A DNA stretch of 64,000 bases from an uncultured Flavobacteriales bacterium. GTDB lineage: Bacteria > Bacteroidota > Bacteroidia > Flavobacteriales > BACL11. The stretch lies in NCBI GenBank assembly GCA_913063045.1, contig CAJXYM010000004.1, forward strand, positions 27,144 to 91,143, given 5' to 3'. Made by a program: the position numbers and the translations under genes. The notes beneath the pieces were generated by a model that saw only the letters and a program-made list of their open reading frames with translations, was not told the DNA's origin and searched no databases. This document shows positions 1 through 9,454 of the stretch, piece after piece (within the stretch, counting starts at the first letter, position 1; the number at the start of each line of letters is the position of its first letter).

Positions 1-762
1 TTTTTCATTTTCCATAACATCTAGACATGCTCCTAATATTTTTTGATTTTTTAATCCGTAAACAATTGCTTCATTTTTTACGCATTTCCCTCTCGATGTA
101 TTAATGAGGTATATAGGTTTTTTGAAATTTTTAATAAACTTTCTGTCTACGTAATACGTATTTTCTTTATTTAAATTTATGTGCAGACTTAATATATCAG
201 CTTTCTGAAAAATATCTTTTAATGTGCTTTTAAAATTATAATTTGCTAAATACTTGTCATAAGCAAGTATTTTTATATTAAATCCAGATAATAAGCTAGC
301 AAATGCGCTCCCATTATTGCCGAATCCAATTATTCCAATTGTCTTACCAGAGAGTTCAATTCCTCTGTTTTTTTCTCTTTGCCAAACTCCATTTTTAACC
401 TCTTGATTTGCTTGATTAATATTATTAAACAAATTTAAAAGCATAGCTAAAGCATGCTCTGCTACTGCATTAGCATTGCCTGCTGCTGCATTAAAACATT
501 TTATTCCTTTTAGTTCTGCGTAATTGGTGTCAATATTCTCCATGCCTGATCCAGCTCTTGCAATAAATTTTAAATTTTCACAATGATTTATGAAAGTCTT
601 ATCAATAACAAATCTGCTTCTAATAATAATACCATCATAATTTTTTATTATTTTTTGAATTTCATCTTTAGGAGTTTGGTCTTTGATATCATAAGCAATA
701 TTGTTTTTTTCTAAACTCTTAATAAGTAACTTGCTTACTTGATCAATTATAATAATTTTCAT
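1..762 (-). CDS. D-isomer-specific 2-hydroxyacid / phosphoglycerate dehydrogenase family protein (N-terminal part; 3' end runs off the window)
   Basis: Not in the ORF track because it has no stop in the window. My minus-strand translation from ATG 762-760 reads MKIIIIDQVSKLLIKSLEKNNIAYD...ARAGSGMENID...GKTIGIIGFGNNGSAFA...LINTSRG. The Rossmann GxGxxG motif and overall pattern fit 2-hydroxyacid dehydrogenases. The start overlaps the mgtE stop (TAATG). Confidence 0.7.
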   Translation of the reverse strand, partial: MKIIIIDQVSKLLIKSLEKNNIAYDIKDQTPKDEIQKIIKNYDGIIIRSRFVIDKTFINHCENLKFIARAGSGMENIDTNYAELKGIKCFNAAAGNANAVAEHALAMLLNLFNNINQANQEVKNGVWQREKNRGIELSGKTIGIIGFGNNGSAFASLLSGFNIKILAYDKYLANYNFKSTLKDIFQKADILSLHINLNKENTYYVDRKFIKNFKKPIYLINTSRGKCVKNEAIVYGLKNQKILGACLDVMENEK

Positions 763-2111
763 TATAAAATAGCTTGTCCTATTGAGAAGTAAATTATTAG
801 TCCAAGGATGTCATTTACTGTTGTAATGAATGGTCCTGTTGCTAGAGCTGGGTCAATATTATTCTTATTAAGAATTAAAGGAATAAATGTGCCAAATATT
901 GCTGCAAATATAATTACACTAAGAAGAGAGATACTGACTGTTATGCTTAATGCAAAACTAAATCCCAAGATAATTGTGACAAATAATATTATAATTGAGC
1001 ATATTATCCCATTTAATAAACCTACTCCAAATTCTCTAATTAATTTATTCGATATGTTATTAGATTGTAAATTGTTATTTGCTAAGCCTTGAACAACAAT
1101 TGCAGCTGATTGAACACCTACATTACCTCCCATTGCGGCAATTAAAGGAATAAAAAATGCAAGTTCAAAATTATTTTCAAGATCAAAAACACCAATTATT
1201 TTTGCACCTAAAATACCTCCCACCATTCCAATTATTAGCCATGGAAGTCTTGCTCTTGTTAATTCAAAAATATTGTCGTTAGATTCAATGTCTTCAGAAA
1301 TACCAGATGCCATTTGATAGTCTTTTTCAGCATCTTCCTTAACGTAATCAATTACATCATCTATCGTAATTCTACCAAGTAGTTTGTTGTTCTTGTCAAC
1401 AACTGGAAGAACTACCAAATCATATTTATTCATAATATTTGCAACAACTTCTTTTTTTTCATAGGATTTTACTGATATAATATCTTTTTTTATTATTGAT
1501 TTAATTGGAGTAGATTTCTCGCTTACTAAAAGATTTCTAAGAGATAAAAGACCTAATAGGATGTTATTATTGTCAATGATGTAAATAGTGTGTACCTTCT
1601 TAATTCTTTTAGCTTGTTTTCGCATTTCAGCTAAGCATTCTACTGTAGACCAATTTTCATTAACCTTAATCAATTCTTTAGCCATGAGCCCTCCGGCTGT
1701 GTTAGTGTCGTATGAAAGTAAGTCTGTAATGTTATTATACTGACTTTTATCTTCAATATAAGTTAATACCTTGTTTTTTTTATCTTCAGACAGGTCTGAT
1801 ATTATATCTACAGCATCATCTGATTCAAGTTTTTCTATAAGATCTTCTGCTATTTCTTTCGGACTTAATTCAGAAAGAAAATTATCTCTAATTTCATCTT
1901 CAAGTTCAATAATAGTGTCAGCTGATTTTTGTGATTCTAGAATTTCAAAGATATACTGACCTTCATCATCATTTAAATTTTCTATTATCTCAGCTATGTC
2001 TGCTGGATGTATTTCAAGAAATATTTTTATTATAGCAGCCTGTTCTCTACTTTTTATTAAAGTAGATACCTGTTTAAGGAATTTTGAGGTTATTTCAAGC
2101 TTTTTCAGCAT
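762..2111 (-). CDS. mgtE: Magnesium transporter MgtE
   Basis: 449-aa ORF with an MgtE N-domain, tandem CBS region and C-terminal multi-TM channel domain (GNVGVQSAAIVVQG, ATGPFITTVNDILGL). Confidence 0.9.
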   Translation of the reverse strand: MLKKLEITSKFLKQVSTLIKSREQAAIIKIFLEIHPADIAEIIENLNDDEGQYIFEILESQKSADTIIELEDEIRDNFLSELSPKEIAEDLIEKLESDDAVDIISDLSEDKKNKVLTYIEDKSQYNNITDLLSYDTNTAGGLMAKELIKVNENWSTVECLAEMRKQAKRIKKVHTIYIIDNNNILLGLLSLRNLLVSEKSTPIKSIIKKDIISVKSYEKKEVVANIMNKYDLVVLPVVDKNNKLLGRITIDDVIDYVKEDAEKDYQMASGISEDIESNDNIFELTRARLPWLIIGMVGGILGAKIIGVFDLENNFELAFFIPLIAAMGGNVGVQSAAIVVQGLANNNLQSNNISNKLIREFGVGLLNGIICSIIILFVTIILGFSFALSITVSISLLSVIIFAAIFGTFIPLILNKNNIDPALATGPFITTVNDILGLIIYFSIGQAIL

Positions 2112-2862
2112 TCTGAGTTATTTTAATAAAATCATCTACACTTAATTGTTCTGCTCGAAGCTGCAAAAGGGGTTCTATTATTGGTCTAGTTTCTAAATTA
2201 TAACTTTTTAAGGCATTTCGTAAAGTTTTTCTTCTTTGATTATATGCTGATTTCACTATTTGCTTAAATAATTTTTTAGAACATTCTAAACTTACTCTAT
2301 TGTTTCTAGTAATTTTAATGACGGTAGACTGTACTTTTGGAGGAGGTGAGAAATAGTTCGGTTCTAAATCTAAGCAGTGTTCAATATCAAAAAATGCTTG
2401 AATTAAAACACTTAGTATTCCTCTCTTGCGTCCTTTTAATGATAATACTCTATCAGCTACTTCTTTTTGAAACATTCCTACCACCTCATTTACTTTGTCA
2501 TGATTTTCCCACACTCTAAATAAAATTTGTGATGAAATATTGTAAGGGAAATTTCCAATAATTGCAACTTTATTTTTAAAGTGATTAACTAAATCAAATT
2601 TTAAAAAATCACCTTCAATTATATTTTTTTTTAAATCAGGAAATTTTTCATTTAAATACAGTACAGATTCTGAATCAATTTCAATTAGATGAAAATCTAT
2701 GTCTTTATTTAAGATATGTTTTGTTAATATTCCCATTCCAGGGCCTATTTCTAGCAAATGCTGGTAATTATTGTATGATAGAAAATTGGTAATTTTTTCT
2801 GCCATATTATTATTATTTAGAAAATGTTGTCCTAAATATTTTTTAGCTTTAACTAATTTCAT
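2095..2862 (-). CDS. rsmA: 16S rRNA (adenine1518/1519-N6)-dimethyltransferase RsmA/KsgA
   Basis: Motifs KYLGQHFL, SAM-binding LEIGPGMG and NFPYNISS. Overlaps the mgtE start by 17 nt. Confidence 0.9.
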   Translation of the reverse strand: MKLVKAKKYLGQHFLNNNNMAEKITNFLSYNNYQHLLEIGPGMGILTKHILNKDIDFHLIEIDSESVLYLNEKFPDLKKNIIEGDFLKFDLVNHFKNKVAIIGNFPYNISSQILFRVWENHDKVNEVVGMFQKEVADRVLSLKGRKRGILSVLIQAFFDIEHCLDLEPNYFSPPPKVQSTVIKITRNNRVSLECSKKLFKQIVKSAYNQRRKTLRNALKSYNLETRPIIEPLLQLRAEQLSVDDFIKITQNAEKA

Positions 2863-3611
2863 TAACTTTTTTTTAATCTTTTAAAAAGCTTGGATGCAAA
2901 TACAAAATTATTAAGTTCTTTATTTTGACTATTTATTAAATCATCTTTTGTACCCTGCCAGCATAACTTACCCTTATGAAGATACGCAATACTTTCTCCT
3001 ATTTCCATTACAGAATTCATGTCATGAGTATTAACAATTGTAGTTATGTTATTTTCCTCTGTAATTTCTTGTATCAGATTGTCAATTAGAATAGCAGTTT
3101 TGGGATCTAAGCCTGAATTAGGTTCATCACATAAAAGATATTTAGGTTTCATTACAATTGCTCTAGCAATTGAGACCCTTTTGGTCATTCCACCACTTAA
3201 CTCACTTGGTAAAAGGTGATTGCAGTTTTCTAGATTGACTCTCTTCAAACATTCATTTACACGATTAATTTTTTCTTCAATGCTAAATTCTGTAAACATT
3301 GTTAACGGAAATAAAATATTGTCTTGTACAGTCATATAGTCATATAAAGCGCCTTTTTGAAATAGCATTCCTATTTCTTGTCTTAACTTTCTTTTTTCTT
3401 TTATTTTAAGTTTATGAAAGTCTCGGCCATCAAAAAGAACTTCTCCATCATCAATACTATTTAGCCCAATTAATGATCTTAATAAGGTTGTTTTTCCTGA
3501 ACCACTTTCTCCAATAATTAGATTTGTTTTTCCTCTTTTAAAGTTAAAAGAGACATTATCAAGTACTAATTTTTCTGAGAAAGATTTACAAATATTTTTT
3601 ATTTCTATCAT
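2862..3611 (-). CDS. ABC transporter ATP-binding protein (MlaF-like)
   Basis: Walker A GESGSGKTT, ABC signature LSGGMTKR, Walker B LLCDEP. 4-nt overlap with the upstream permease gene. Confidence 0.8.
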   Translation of the reverse strand: MIEIKNICKSFSEKLVLDNVSFNFKRGKTNLIIGESGSGKTTLLRSLIGLNSIDDGEVLFDGRDFHKLKIKEKRKLRQEIGMLFQKGALYDYMTVQDNILFPLTMFTEFSIEEKINRVNECLKRVNLENCNHLLPSELSGGMTKRVSIARAIVMKPKYLLCDEPNSGLDPKTAILIDNLIQEITEENNITTIVNTHDMNSVMEIGESIAYLHKGKLCWQGTKDDLINSQNKELNNFVFASKLFKRLKKS

Positions 3612-4348
3612 GCTAATAAAAGATCAGTTAGTAGGAAGTTAAATAAAAGTATAAAAATACTGCTATACACAACTGCCCTTGTACTAGAAGCGCCAACTTC
3701 TAAAGCCCCTCCCTTTGTATAGTAACCAAAATATGATGAGACAGATGAAATAATAAAAGCAAATACGGTTGTTTTGATTAGGCAATATGTTATGTAAAAT
3801 GGATTAAAATCAAATTTTATTCCGTATAAATATGATGCAGTAGTTATTCCAGTATTTTGACAACCAACCCATCCTCCAATTAATCCAATAGATATGCTTA
3901 ATATGATTAAGCATGGAAAGAATAATAACGATGCGATTATTTTTGGTAAAATTAAAAATGAAGCAGAATTTACACCCATTATTTCAAGTGCGTCAATTTG
4001 TTCAGAGACTCTCATTGAGCCTATTTCTGAAGCAATATTTGAGCCAATTTTTCCAGCTAGAATTAATGATAGCATTGTAGGGCAAAATTCAAGAAGTAGT
4101 GATTCTCTAGTTGCAAATCCAATAAGATATTTTGGATATAATGGACTCTCAAAATTATATGCAGTTTGAATACTTACAACAGCTCCAATAAAAAATGATA
4201 TAATTGTTACAATACCGATAGAGTCAAGACCAATTTTTTTAAACTCAAGATTTAATTGTTTGAGAAAAATTGTCCTTTTTTCAGGAAAACTAAATACCTT
4301 ATTAAGCATTAGTAGATATTTCCCTAGATGTTTAAGTATTTTGTTCAT
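3608..4348 (-). CDS. MlaE-family ABC transporter permease
   Basis: Multi-TM protein with an MlaE/Ttg2B-like core (ASEIGSMRVSEQIDALE). Translationally coupled to the ATPase gene. Confidence 0.8.
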   Translation of the reverse strand: MNKILKHLGKYLLMLNKVFSFPEKRTIFLKQLNLEFKKIGLDSIGIVTIISFFIGAVVSIQTAYNFESPLYPKYLIGFATRESLLLEFCPTMLSLILAGKIGSNIASEIGSMRVSEQIDALEIMGVNSASFLILPKIIASLLFFPCLIILSISIGLIGGWVGCQNTGITTASYLYGIKFDFNPFYITYCLIKTTVFAFIISSVSSYFGYYTKGGALEVGASSTRAVVYSSIFILLFNFLLTDLLLA

Positions 4349-4385
4349 TAGGCTTAAAAGTAACTATTTTATTTAAATTTACATC

Positions 4386-4532
4386 ATGCTTAAGCAGACT
4401 CAAATTCTTTGTATTTTATTTTTTATTTTCATTTTTATTAGTTCTTGTTCGTTGATTAAAAAGAATAATTGTGATTGTCCAGATTTCACTAAAGATTCTA
4501 AGCAAATAAAATTAGATAAAATTCATATTTAG
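4386..4532 (+). CDS. Candidate 48-aa small lipoprotein (below the ORF-track size cut-off)
   Basis: Hand translation: MLKQTQILCILFFIFIFISSCSLIKKNNCDCPDFTKDSKQIKLDKIHI. It has a signal peptide plus lipobox I-S-S-C. The TAG stop overlaps the GTG at 4532 (TAGTG). No homology evidence is available to me. Confidence 0.3.
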   Translation: MLKQTQILCILFFIFIFISSCSLIKKNNCDCPDFTKDSKQIKLDKIHI

Positions 4533-5119
4533 TGCAAAGTTATAGTCAATACTTGCCGTTGAAATCTTTAAATATTATTAATAATTGGATTGATGATTTA
4601 TCTATTGAGATTATAGTTGTAAAAAAAAGAACAACTAAATTAGGTGATTTTCGAGTAAAAGGACAGAGATTATTCATTACGATTAATGAAGACCTAAATA
4701 AATTTTCTTTTTTAATAACATTAATACATGAGTTATCTCATGCATTTGTTTATGTTCAATATAAAAAATTTATAAAACCTCATGGAATTGAATGGAAAAA
4801 TATGTTTAAATCTAAAATGCATCAATTCATAGCTCTTAATATTTTTCCTGATGATATTTTACAAGCATTAGAGATGCATATGCTTATGCCTTCCGCATCA
4901 AGTTGTAATGATGTTAATCTCTCATTAGCCTTGTCGAAATATGATGCGATTAAGCAAATATTTCTTTCAACAATAAGAGAAGGAGAGTGTTTTATCTATG
5001 GAAAAGATAGAGTTTTTATAAAACAAGAAAAATTACGCAAGAGGTTTAAGTGTCAGGAATTATTAACAAAAAATATATATTTATTTAACCCCCTTGCTCC
5101 GGTCAAACTATTTACTTAG
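4532..5119 (+). CDS. SprT-like zinc metallopeptidase domain protein
   Basis: HExxH motif in LIHELSHAF within an SprT-like context. GTG start taken from the track; the true start is uncertain. Confidence 0.6.
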   Translation: MQSYSQYLPLKSLNIINNWIDDLSIEIIVVKKRTTKLGDFRVKGQRLFITINEDLNKFSFLITLIHELSHAFVYVQYKKFIKPHGIEWKNMFKSKMHQFIALNIFPDDILQALEMHMLMPSASSCNDVNLSLALSKYDAIKQIFLSTIREGECFIYGKDRVFIKQEKLRKRFKCQELLTKNIYLFNPLAPVKLFT

Positions 5120-5165
5120 TTTGTTAAATAAATTGTAACTTTACATTAAATAAAACTACTAAATT

Positions 5166-6242
5166 TTGGATAAAAATAACTATGCTGTTATTATGGCTGG
5201 AGGAGTAGGTTCTAGATTTTGGCCTATTAGTAAAACAGAATGTCCTAAACAGTTTCTCGATATATTATCTGTTGGAGAAACTTTAATTCAGCAAACATTT
5301 AGAAGGCTGCAAAAGGTCTGTCTAAAAGAGAATATTTTTGTTGTTACCAATCATGAATATAAGAGTCTATGTAAGGATCAGTTAAATGATATTATTGAAG
5401 ATAATATTTTATGTGAACCAGTTATGAGAAATACCGCTCCTTGTATTGCTTATGCTGCATATAAAATTTTTGATTTAAATAATCAAGCTAAATTAATTAT
5501 TGCTCCATCTGATCATTTAATTTTAAATGAGGATGCTTTTGTAGAATCAGTTACTAATGTGTTTAGTTCTGTTAAAGATTCTGATATATTAGTGACTTTG
5601 GGAATATCTCCTTCAAGGCCTGACACTGGCTATGGTTATATTCAATACTCTGATGAGGGGAGTTCTGCACTTAAAAATTTGAAAAAAGTTAAAACATTTA
5701 CTGAAAAACCAAATGTTGAATTAGCATTGCAATTTATAGATAGTGGTGATTTTTTATGGAATGCTGGTATTTTTATATTCTCTGCCTCTGCTATAATTAA
5801 TAGTTTTAAAAAGCATTTAAGAGATGTCCATGATATTTTTTCTTCTGGATTTGGAATTTATAATACTAGAAAAGAAGTTAGTTTTATTGAGAAAGTATTC
5901 CCGACATGTAAAAATATTTCTATAGATTATGGGGTTTTTGAAAAGTCAGATGCAGTTCATGTCTACCCATGTGATTTTGGATGGAGTGATTTAGGAACTT
6001 GGGGTTCTCTTTATTCTTTTTTAGATAAAGATGAACATGATAATACTTTGCAAGGTGATGGGATTATGCTATATAATTCATCTAATAATATTATTCGAAA
6101 TGAAGGAAGTAAAACCTTAATTGCTCAAGGATTAGATGGCTATATTGTAGTTAATACTAATGATGCTTTACTAATATGTAAAAAGGAGGATGAGCAACAA
6201 ATTAAAGCATTTGTAAATGATTTAAAAAAACAAGATCTTTAA
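5166..6242 (+). CDS. Mannose-1-phosphate guanylyltransferase
   Basis: N-terminal nucleotidyltransferase motif VIMAGGVGSRFWPIS, plus GYGYI and TEKP. The motif position requires the TTG start at 5166. Confidence 0.8.
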   Translation: MDKNNYAVIMAGGVGSRFWPISKTECPKQFLDILSVGETLIQQTFRRLQKVCLKENIFVVTNHEYKSLCKDQLNDIIEDNILCEPVMRNTAPCIAYAAYKIFDLNNQAKLIIAPSDHLILNEDAFVESVTNVFSSVKDSDILVTLGISPSRPDTGYGYIQYSDEGSSALKNLKKVKTFTEKPNVELALQFIDSGDFLWNAGIFIFSASAIINSFKKHLRDVHDIFSSGFGIYNTRKEVSFIEKVFPTCKNISIDYGVFEKSDAVHVYPCDFGWSDLGTWGSLYSFLDKDEHDNTLQGDGIMLYNSSNNIIRNEGSKTLIAQGLDGYIVVNTNDALLICKKEDEQQIKAFVNDLKKQDL

Positions 6243-6246
6243 TAAA

Positions 6247-7638
6247 TTAGTTGCTACACATTTTTTTTGGGTTTACCCATTCATTAAACTCTTCTTCAGT
6301 CAAATATTTTAATTTCAAGGCCTCTTCTTTTAGAGTAGTTCCGTTTTTATGTGCATTTTTAGCAATTTCTGAAGATTTATCATAGCCTATTTTAGTATTT
6401 AGAGCTGTTACTAACATCAAGGAATTATCTAAGTTTTGCTTGATGTTTTTTAAATTTGGTTCAATTCCATTAATGCATTTTTGTTCAAATGATTGACATG
6501 CATCTGCAATTAAGTGGCAAGATTGGATAAGATTACTAGCAATTAGAGGTTTAAAAACATTTAGCTGAAAATGTCCCTGCATGCCGCCAACAGTGATTGC
6601 CATATCATTTCCAATTACTTGAGCGCATACCATAGTAAGCGCTTCAGATTGTGTTGGGTTTACTTTGCCAGGCATAATTGATGAGCCAGGTTCATTGGCA
6701 GGTATATTAATTTCTCCAATTCCGCATCTTGGTCCAGAAGCAAGTAGCCTAATGTCGTTTCCAATTTTATTAAGTGAAATTGCAATTTGCTTTAAGGCAC
6801 CATGAGTTTCTATAAAAGCATCATGAGCGGAAAGAGCTTCAAATTTATTATCAGCACTTTTAAATTCTAATTTAGTAAACTCACTTATTTTTTCAGCGAC
6901 TATTTTAGCATAACCTTTTGGTGAGTTAATACCCGTACCAACAGCTGTACCTCCAATTGCAAGTTCTGCAAGATGAGGGAGTGTATTTTTTAAAGCAATT
7001 AGACCATGGTCAAGTTGTGAGACATAAGCAGAAAACTCTTGACCCAATGTTAATGGTGTTGCATCCATAAGGTGTGTTCTTCCAATTTTAACAACATTAT
7101 TAAATTGTTCTGCTTTGTTATTAATAGAGTCTCTAAGATTTTTAATTGTTGGAATTGTTTTTTTAATTAACAGAGTATATGCTGCAATATGCATTGCAGT
7201 TGGAAATGTGTCATTAGAACTCTGGGATTTATTAACATCATCATTTGGATGAATTTCTCTTTTTTGGTCTGATAAAACTCCACCCATATTAATATGACTT
7301 ACATTAGAAATAACTTCATTGATATTCATATTTGATTGAGTACCACTACCTGTTTGCCAAATCACAAGAGGAAAATGATCATTATATTTTTGTTTAATTA
7401 TATCATCACATACTTTTGAAATTGCATCTCTTTTAATTTCACTTAATACTCCTAATTTACAATTTGCATGAGCAGCAGATTTTTTTAGATATGCAAATCC
7501 GTATATTATTTCTAAAGGCATGCTAGCGCTAGGTCCAATTTGAAAATTTTTTCTACTTCTTTCAGTTTGAGCACCCCAGTATTTTTCTACTGGTACTTTA
7601 ACTTCACCCATAGTATCTTTTTCTATTCGATATTTCAT
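6247..7638 (-). CDS. fumC: Fumarate hydratase class II
   Basis: 463 aa. Fumarate lyase signature [14 protein letters not shown]-terminal pattern [19 protein letters not shown]. Confidence 0.95.
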   Translation of the reverse strand: MKYRIEKDTMGEVKVPVEKYWGAQTERSRKNFQIGPSASMPLEIIYGFAYLKKSAAHANCKLGVLSEIKRDAISKVCDDIIKQKYNDHFPLVIWQTGSGTQSNMNINEVISNVSHINMGGVLSDQKREIHPNDDVNKSQSSNDTFPTAMHIAAYTLLIKKTIPTIKNLRDSINNKAEQFNNVVKIGRTHLMDATPLTLGQEFSAYVSQLDHGLIALKNTLPHLAELAIGGTAVGTGINSPKGYAKIVAEKISEFTKLEFKSADNKFEALSAHDAFIETHGALKQIAISLNKIGNDIRLLASGPRCGIGEINIPANEPGSSIMPGKVNPTQSEALTMVCAQVIGNDMAITVGGMQGHFQLNVFKPLIASNLIQSCHLIADACQSFEQKCINGIEPNLKNIKQNLDNSLMLVTALNTKIGYDKSSEIAKNAHKNGTTLKEEALKLKYLTEEEFNEWVNPKKMCSN

Positions 7639-7696
7639 TTTAGAATATTTTGTTGTTAAGATTAGTTATCGTTAATTTGCTTAAAATAAATTTAAC

Positions 7697-7840
7697 ATGA
7701 AATTTTTAGGCTTCTTATTATTTCTTTTCGTTTTTTTAATGGCTTTTTGGTGTCTTTTTTTCTTAGCTAGCGTTGTCCCTTACTTTATTTATGTTTGGAT
7801 TAGAGAAGGAAAGTTAGAAAATGACCAAATACCAAATTAA
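7697..7840 (+). CDS. Candidate 47-aa hydrophobic small protein
   Basis: Hand translation: MKFLGFLLFLFVFLMAFWCLFFLASVVPYFIYVWIREGKLENDQIPN. It is the only plus-strand ORF in the 236-bp gap between fumC and prfB. It could be a chance ORF in AT-rich DNA. Confidence 0.25.
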   Translation: MKFLGFLLFLFVFLMAFWCLFFLASVVPYFIYVWIREGKLENDQIPN

Positions 7841-7874
7841 TTTAACAAAGTTAATATTATTTTATTAACCCTCT

Positions 7875-8951
7875 TTAATTTTTGCCAAACTCCATCAGAT
7901 AAGCCTTTATAAATGGATTTAATTCTCCGTTTAGTACTGCCTGAGGATTAGATGATTCATAATTAGTTCTTAGGTCTTTAACCAGTTTATATGGATGTAA
8001 CACATAGTTCCTGATTTGTGAACCCCACTCTATTTTTTTCTTCTTTCCCTCAATTTTGTCTTTCTCCTCTTGTTTTTTCTTTTGTTCTATTTGGAATAGT
8101 TGTGATTTAAGAAGCTTTAGAGCTTTATCTTTATTTTCAAGTTGAGATCTAGTTTCAGAGTTTTCAATAATTATCCCAGATGTTTTGTGTTTTAAGCGGA
8201 CAGCAGTTTCTACTTTATTTACCCCTTGACCTCCTGCTCCTCCTGCTCTAAAAGTATCCCAGCTTATATCAGAGGGGTTAATAGAAATTTCAATATTATC
8301 ATCATATAGCGGGTAAATAAATACAGAAGCAAATGTAGTATGTCTTTTCCCATTAGAATCAAATGGCGATATTCTCACTAATCTATGAACGCCATTTTCA
8401 ACTTTTAAATTACCATAAGCAAAATCTCCTTCAAATTCCAATGTCACAGATTTGATTCCAACTGGTTCTGCTTTTTGCAGATCTATTTCTTTTACTTTAA
8501 AATTATTTTTCTCTCCCCACATTAAATACATCCTCATTAACATTTCTGCCCAATCCTGTCCTTCTGTTCCTCCCGCTCCAGGATTTATAGTCATAATAGC
8601 AGACATCTTGTCTTCTTTAGAGCTGAGCATATTTTTAAACTCTAGATCTTCTATAAGCACTTTAGTGTTTTTTGCTTGAATATTAATTTCTTCTTCGCTA
8701 GCGCTAAGCTCAATCAGGACTTCAATTTCTTCTATGAAATCACATATTTTGTTAAATGCATCAATCCAATTTTTAAGTAGTTTTTTTTCTTTTAAAATTT
8801 TTTCCGCTTTTTCAGGATTATTCCAAAAATCTGTGCTAATAATTTCTTGCTCAAACTCATTATCCAAAATTATTTTATTTTCAATGTCTAAGAACTTATG
8901 TAGTAGATCTTTTCTTTTTTTAAGGCCATTAATCGTTTCTTTTGTTATCAT
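7875..8951 (-). CDS. prfB: Peptide chain release factor 2, encoded in a single frame
   Basis: SPF tripeptide (RISPFDS) and GGQ (GAGGQGVNK). The whole N-terminus (MITKETINGLKKRKDLLHKFLDIENK...) is contiguous with the body. Confidence 0.9.
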   Translation of the reverse strand: MITKETINGLKKRKDLLHKFLDIENKIILDNEFEQEIISTDFWNNPEKAEKILKEKKLLKNWIDAFNKICDFIEEIEVLIELSASEEEINIQAKNTKVLIEDLEFKNMLSSKEDKMSAIMTINPGAGGTEGQDWAEMLMRMYLMWGEKNNFKVKEIDLQKAEPVGIKSVTLEFEGDFAYGNLKVENGVHRLVRISPFDSNGKRHTTFASVFIYPLYDDNIEISINPSDISWDTFRAGGAGGQGVNKVETAVRLKHKTSGIIIENSETRSQLENKDKALKLLKSQLFQIEQKKKQEEKDKIEGKKKKIEWGSQIRNYVLHPYKLVKDLRTNYESSNPQAVLNGELNPFIKAYLMEFGKN

Positions 8952-8952
8952 A

Positions 8953-9408
8953 TTATTTTATTTCATCATTTATTAATTCCCAAACTAAATGTGATTCAAA
9001 TCCTTTTTGATATAAGTATTTTGCTATCTTATTTTTTTTAACGAAAATATCTTTTTCTTTAATTGTTTTAGCTTTTAATATTATTAATTTAATTATGGTG
9101 TTACAGTATTCATTGTTATTAAAATCCTCTGTATGTTTTTTAATCATAATTGAAGCTAATCCTCTTTTTTTTAGCTCATATGTAATCTTGTTTTTACCCC
9201 ATTTTTTTATTTTAAATTTACCAGAACAGAACGAAGATATAAACCTTTCCTCATTAAGAAAGTTGTTTTCTTTAAGATGTTGTATTATTTGATCATGTTT
9301 ATTATCTATTTCCCAAGTATATAATTTCTTATTAATATCACTAATACATCTCTCTTGGATTGAGCAGTATTTCTCCAATTTTTTAATTATAATATTTTCT
9401 TTATCCAT
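8953..9408 (-). CDS. recX: Regulatory protein RecX
   Basis: 151 aa with a helical-repeat pattern and a RecX-like WGKNKITYELKKRG motif. Confidence 0.7.
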   Translation of the reverse strand: MDKENIIIKKLEKYCSIQERCISDINKKLYTWEIDNKHDQIIQHLKENNFLNEERFISSFCSGKFKIKKWGKNKITYELKKRGLASIMIKKHTEDFNNNEYCNTIIKLIILKAKTIKEKDIFVKKNKIAKYLYQKGFESHLVWELINDEIK

Positions 9409-9413
9409 CGTTT

Positions 9414-9421
9414 CAAAGTTA
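9414..9421 (-). promoter_or_regulatory. Bacteroidetes -7 promoter box TAACTTTG (TAnnTTTG) for recX-prfB
   Basis: Exact consensus match on the minus strand. Only 5 nt separate the G from the recX ATG. Confidence 0.45.
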
Positions 9422-9441
9422 AATATTCTTATTTATAATTA

Positions 9442-9449
9442 TACTTTTG
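9442..9449 (+). promoter_or_regulatory. Bacteroidetes -7 promoter box TACTTTTG for the MFS transporter gene
   Basis: Exact TAnnTTTG match. 5 nt separate the G from the ATG at 9455. Confidence 0.45.
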
Positions 9450-9454
9450 CAGCC

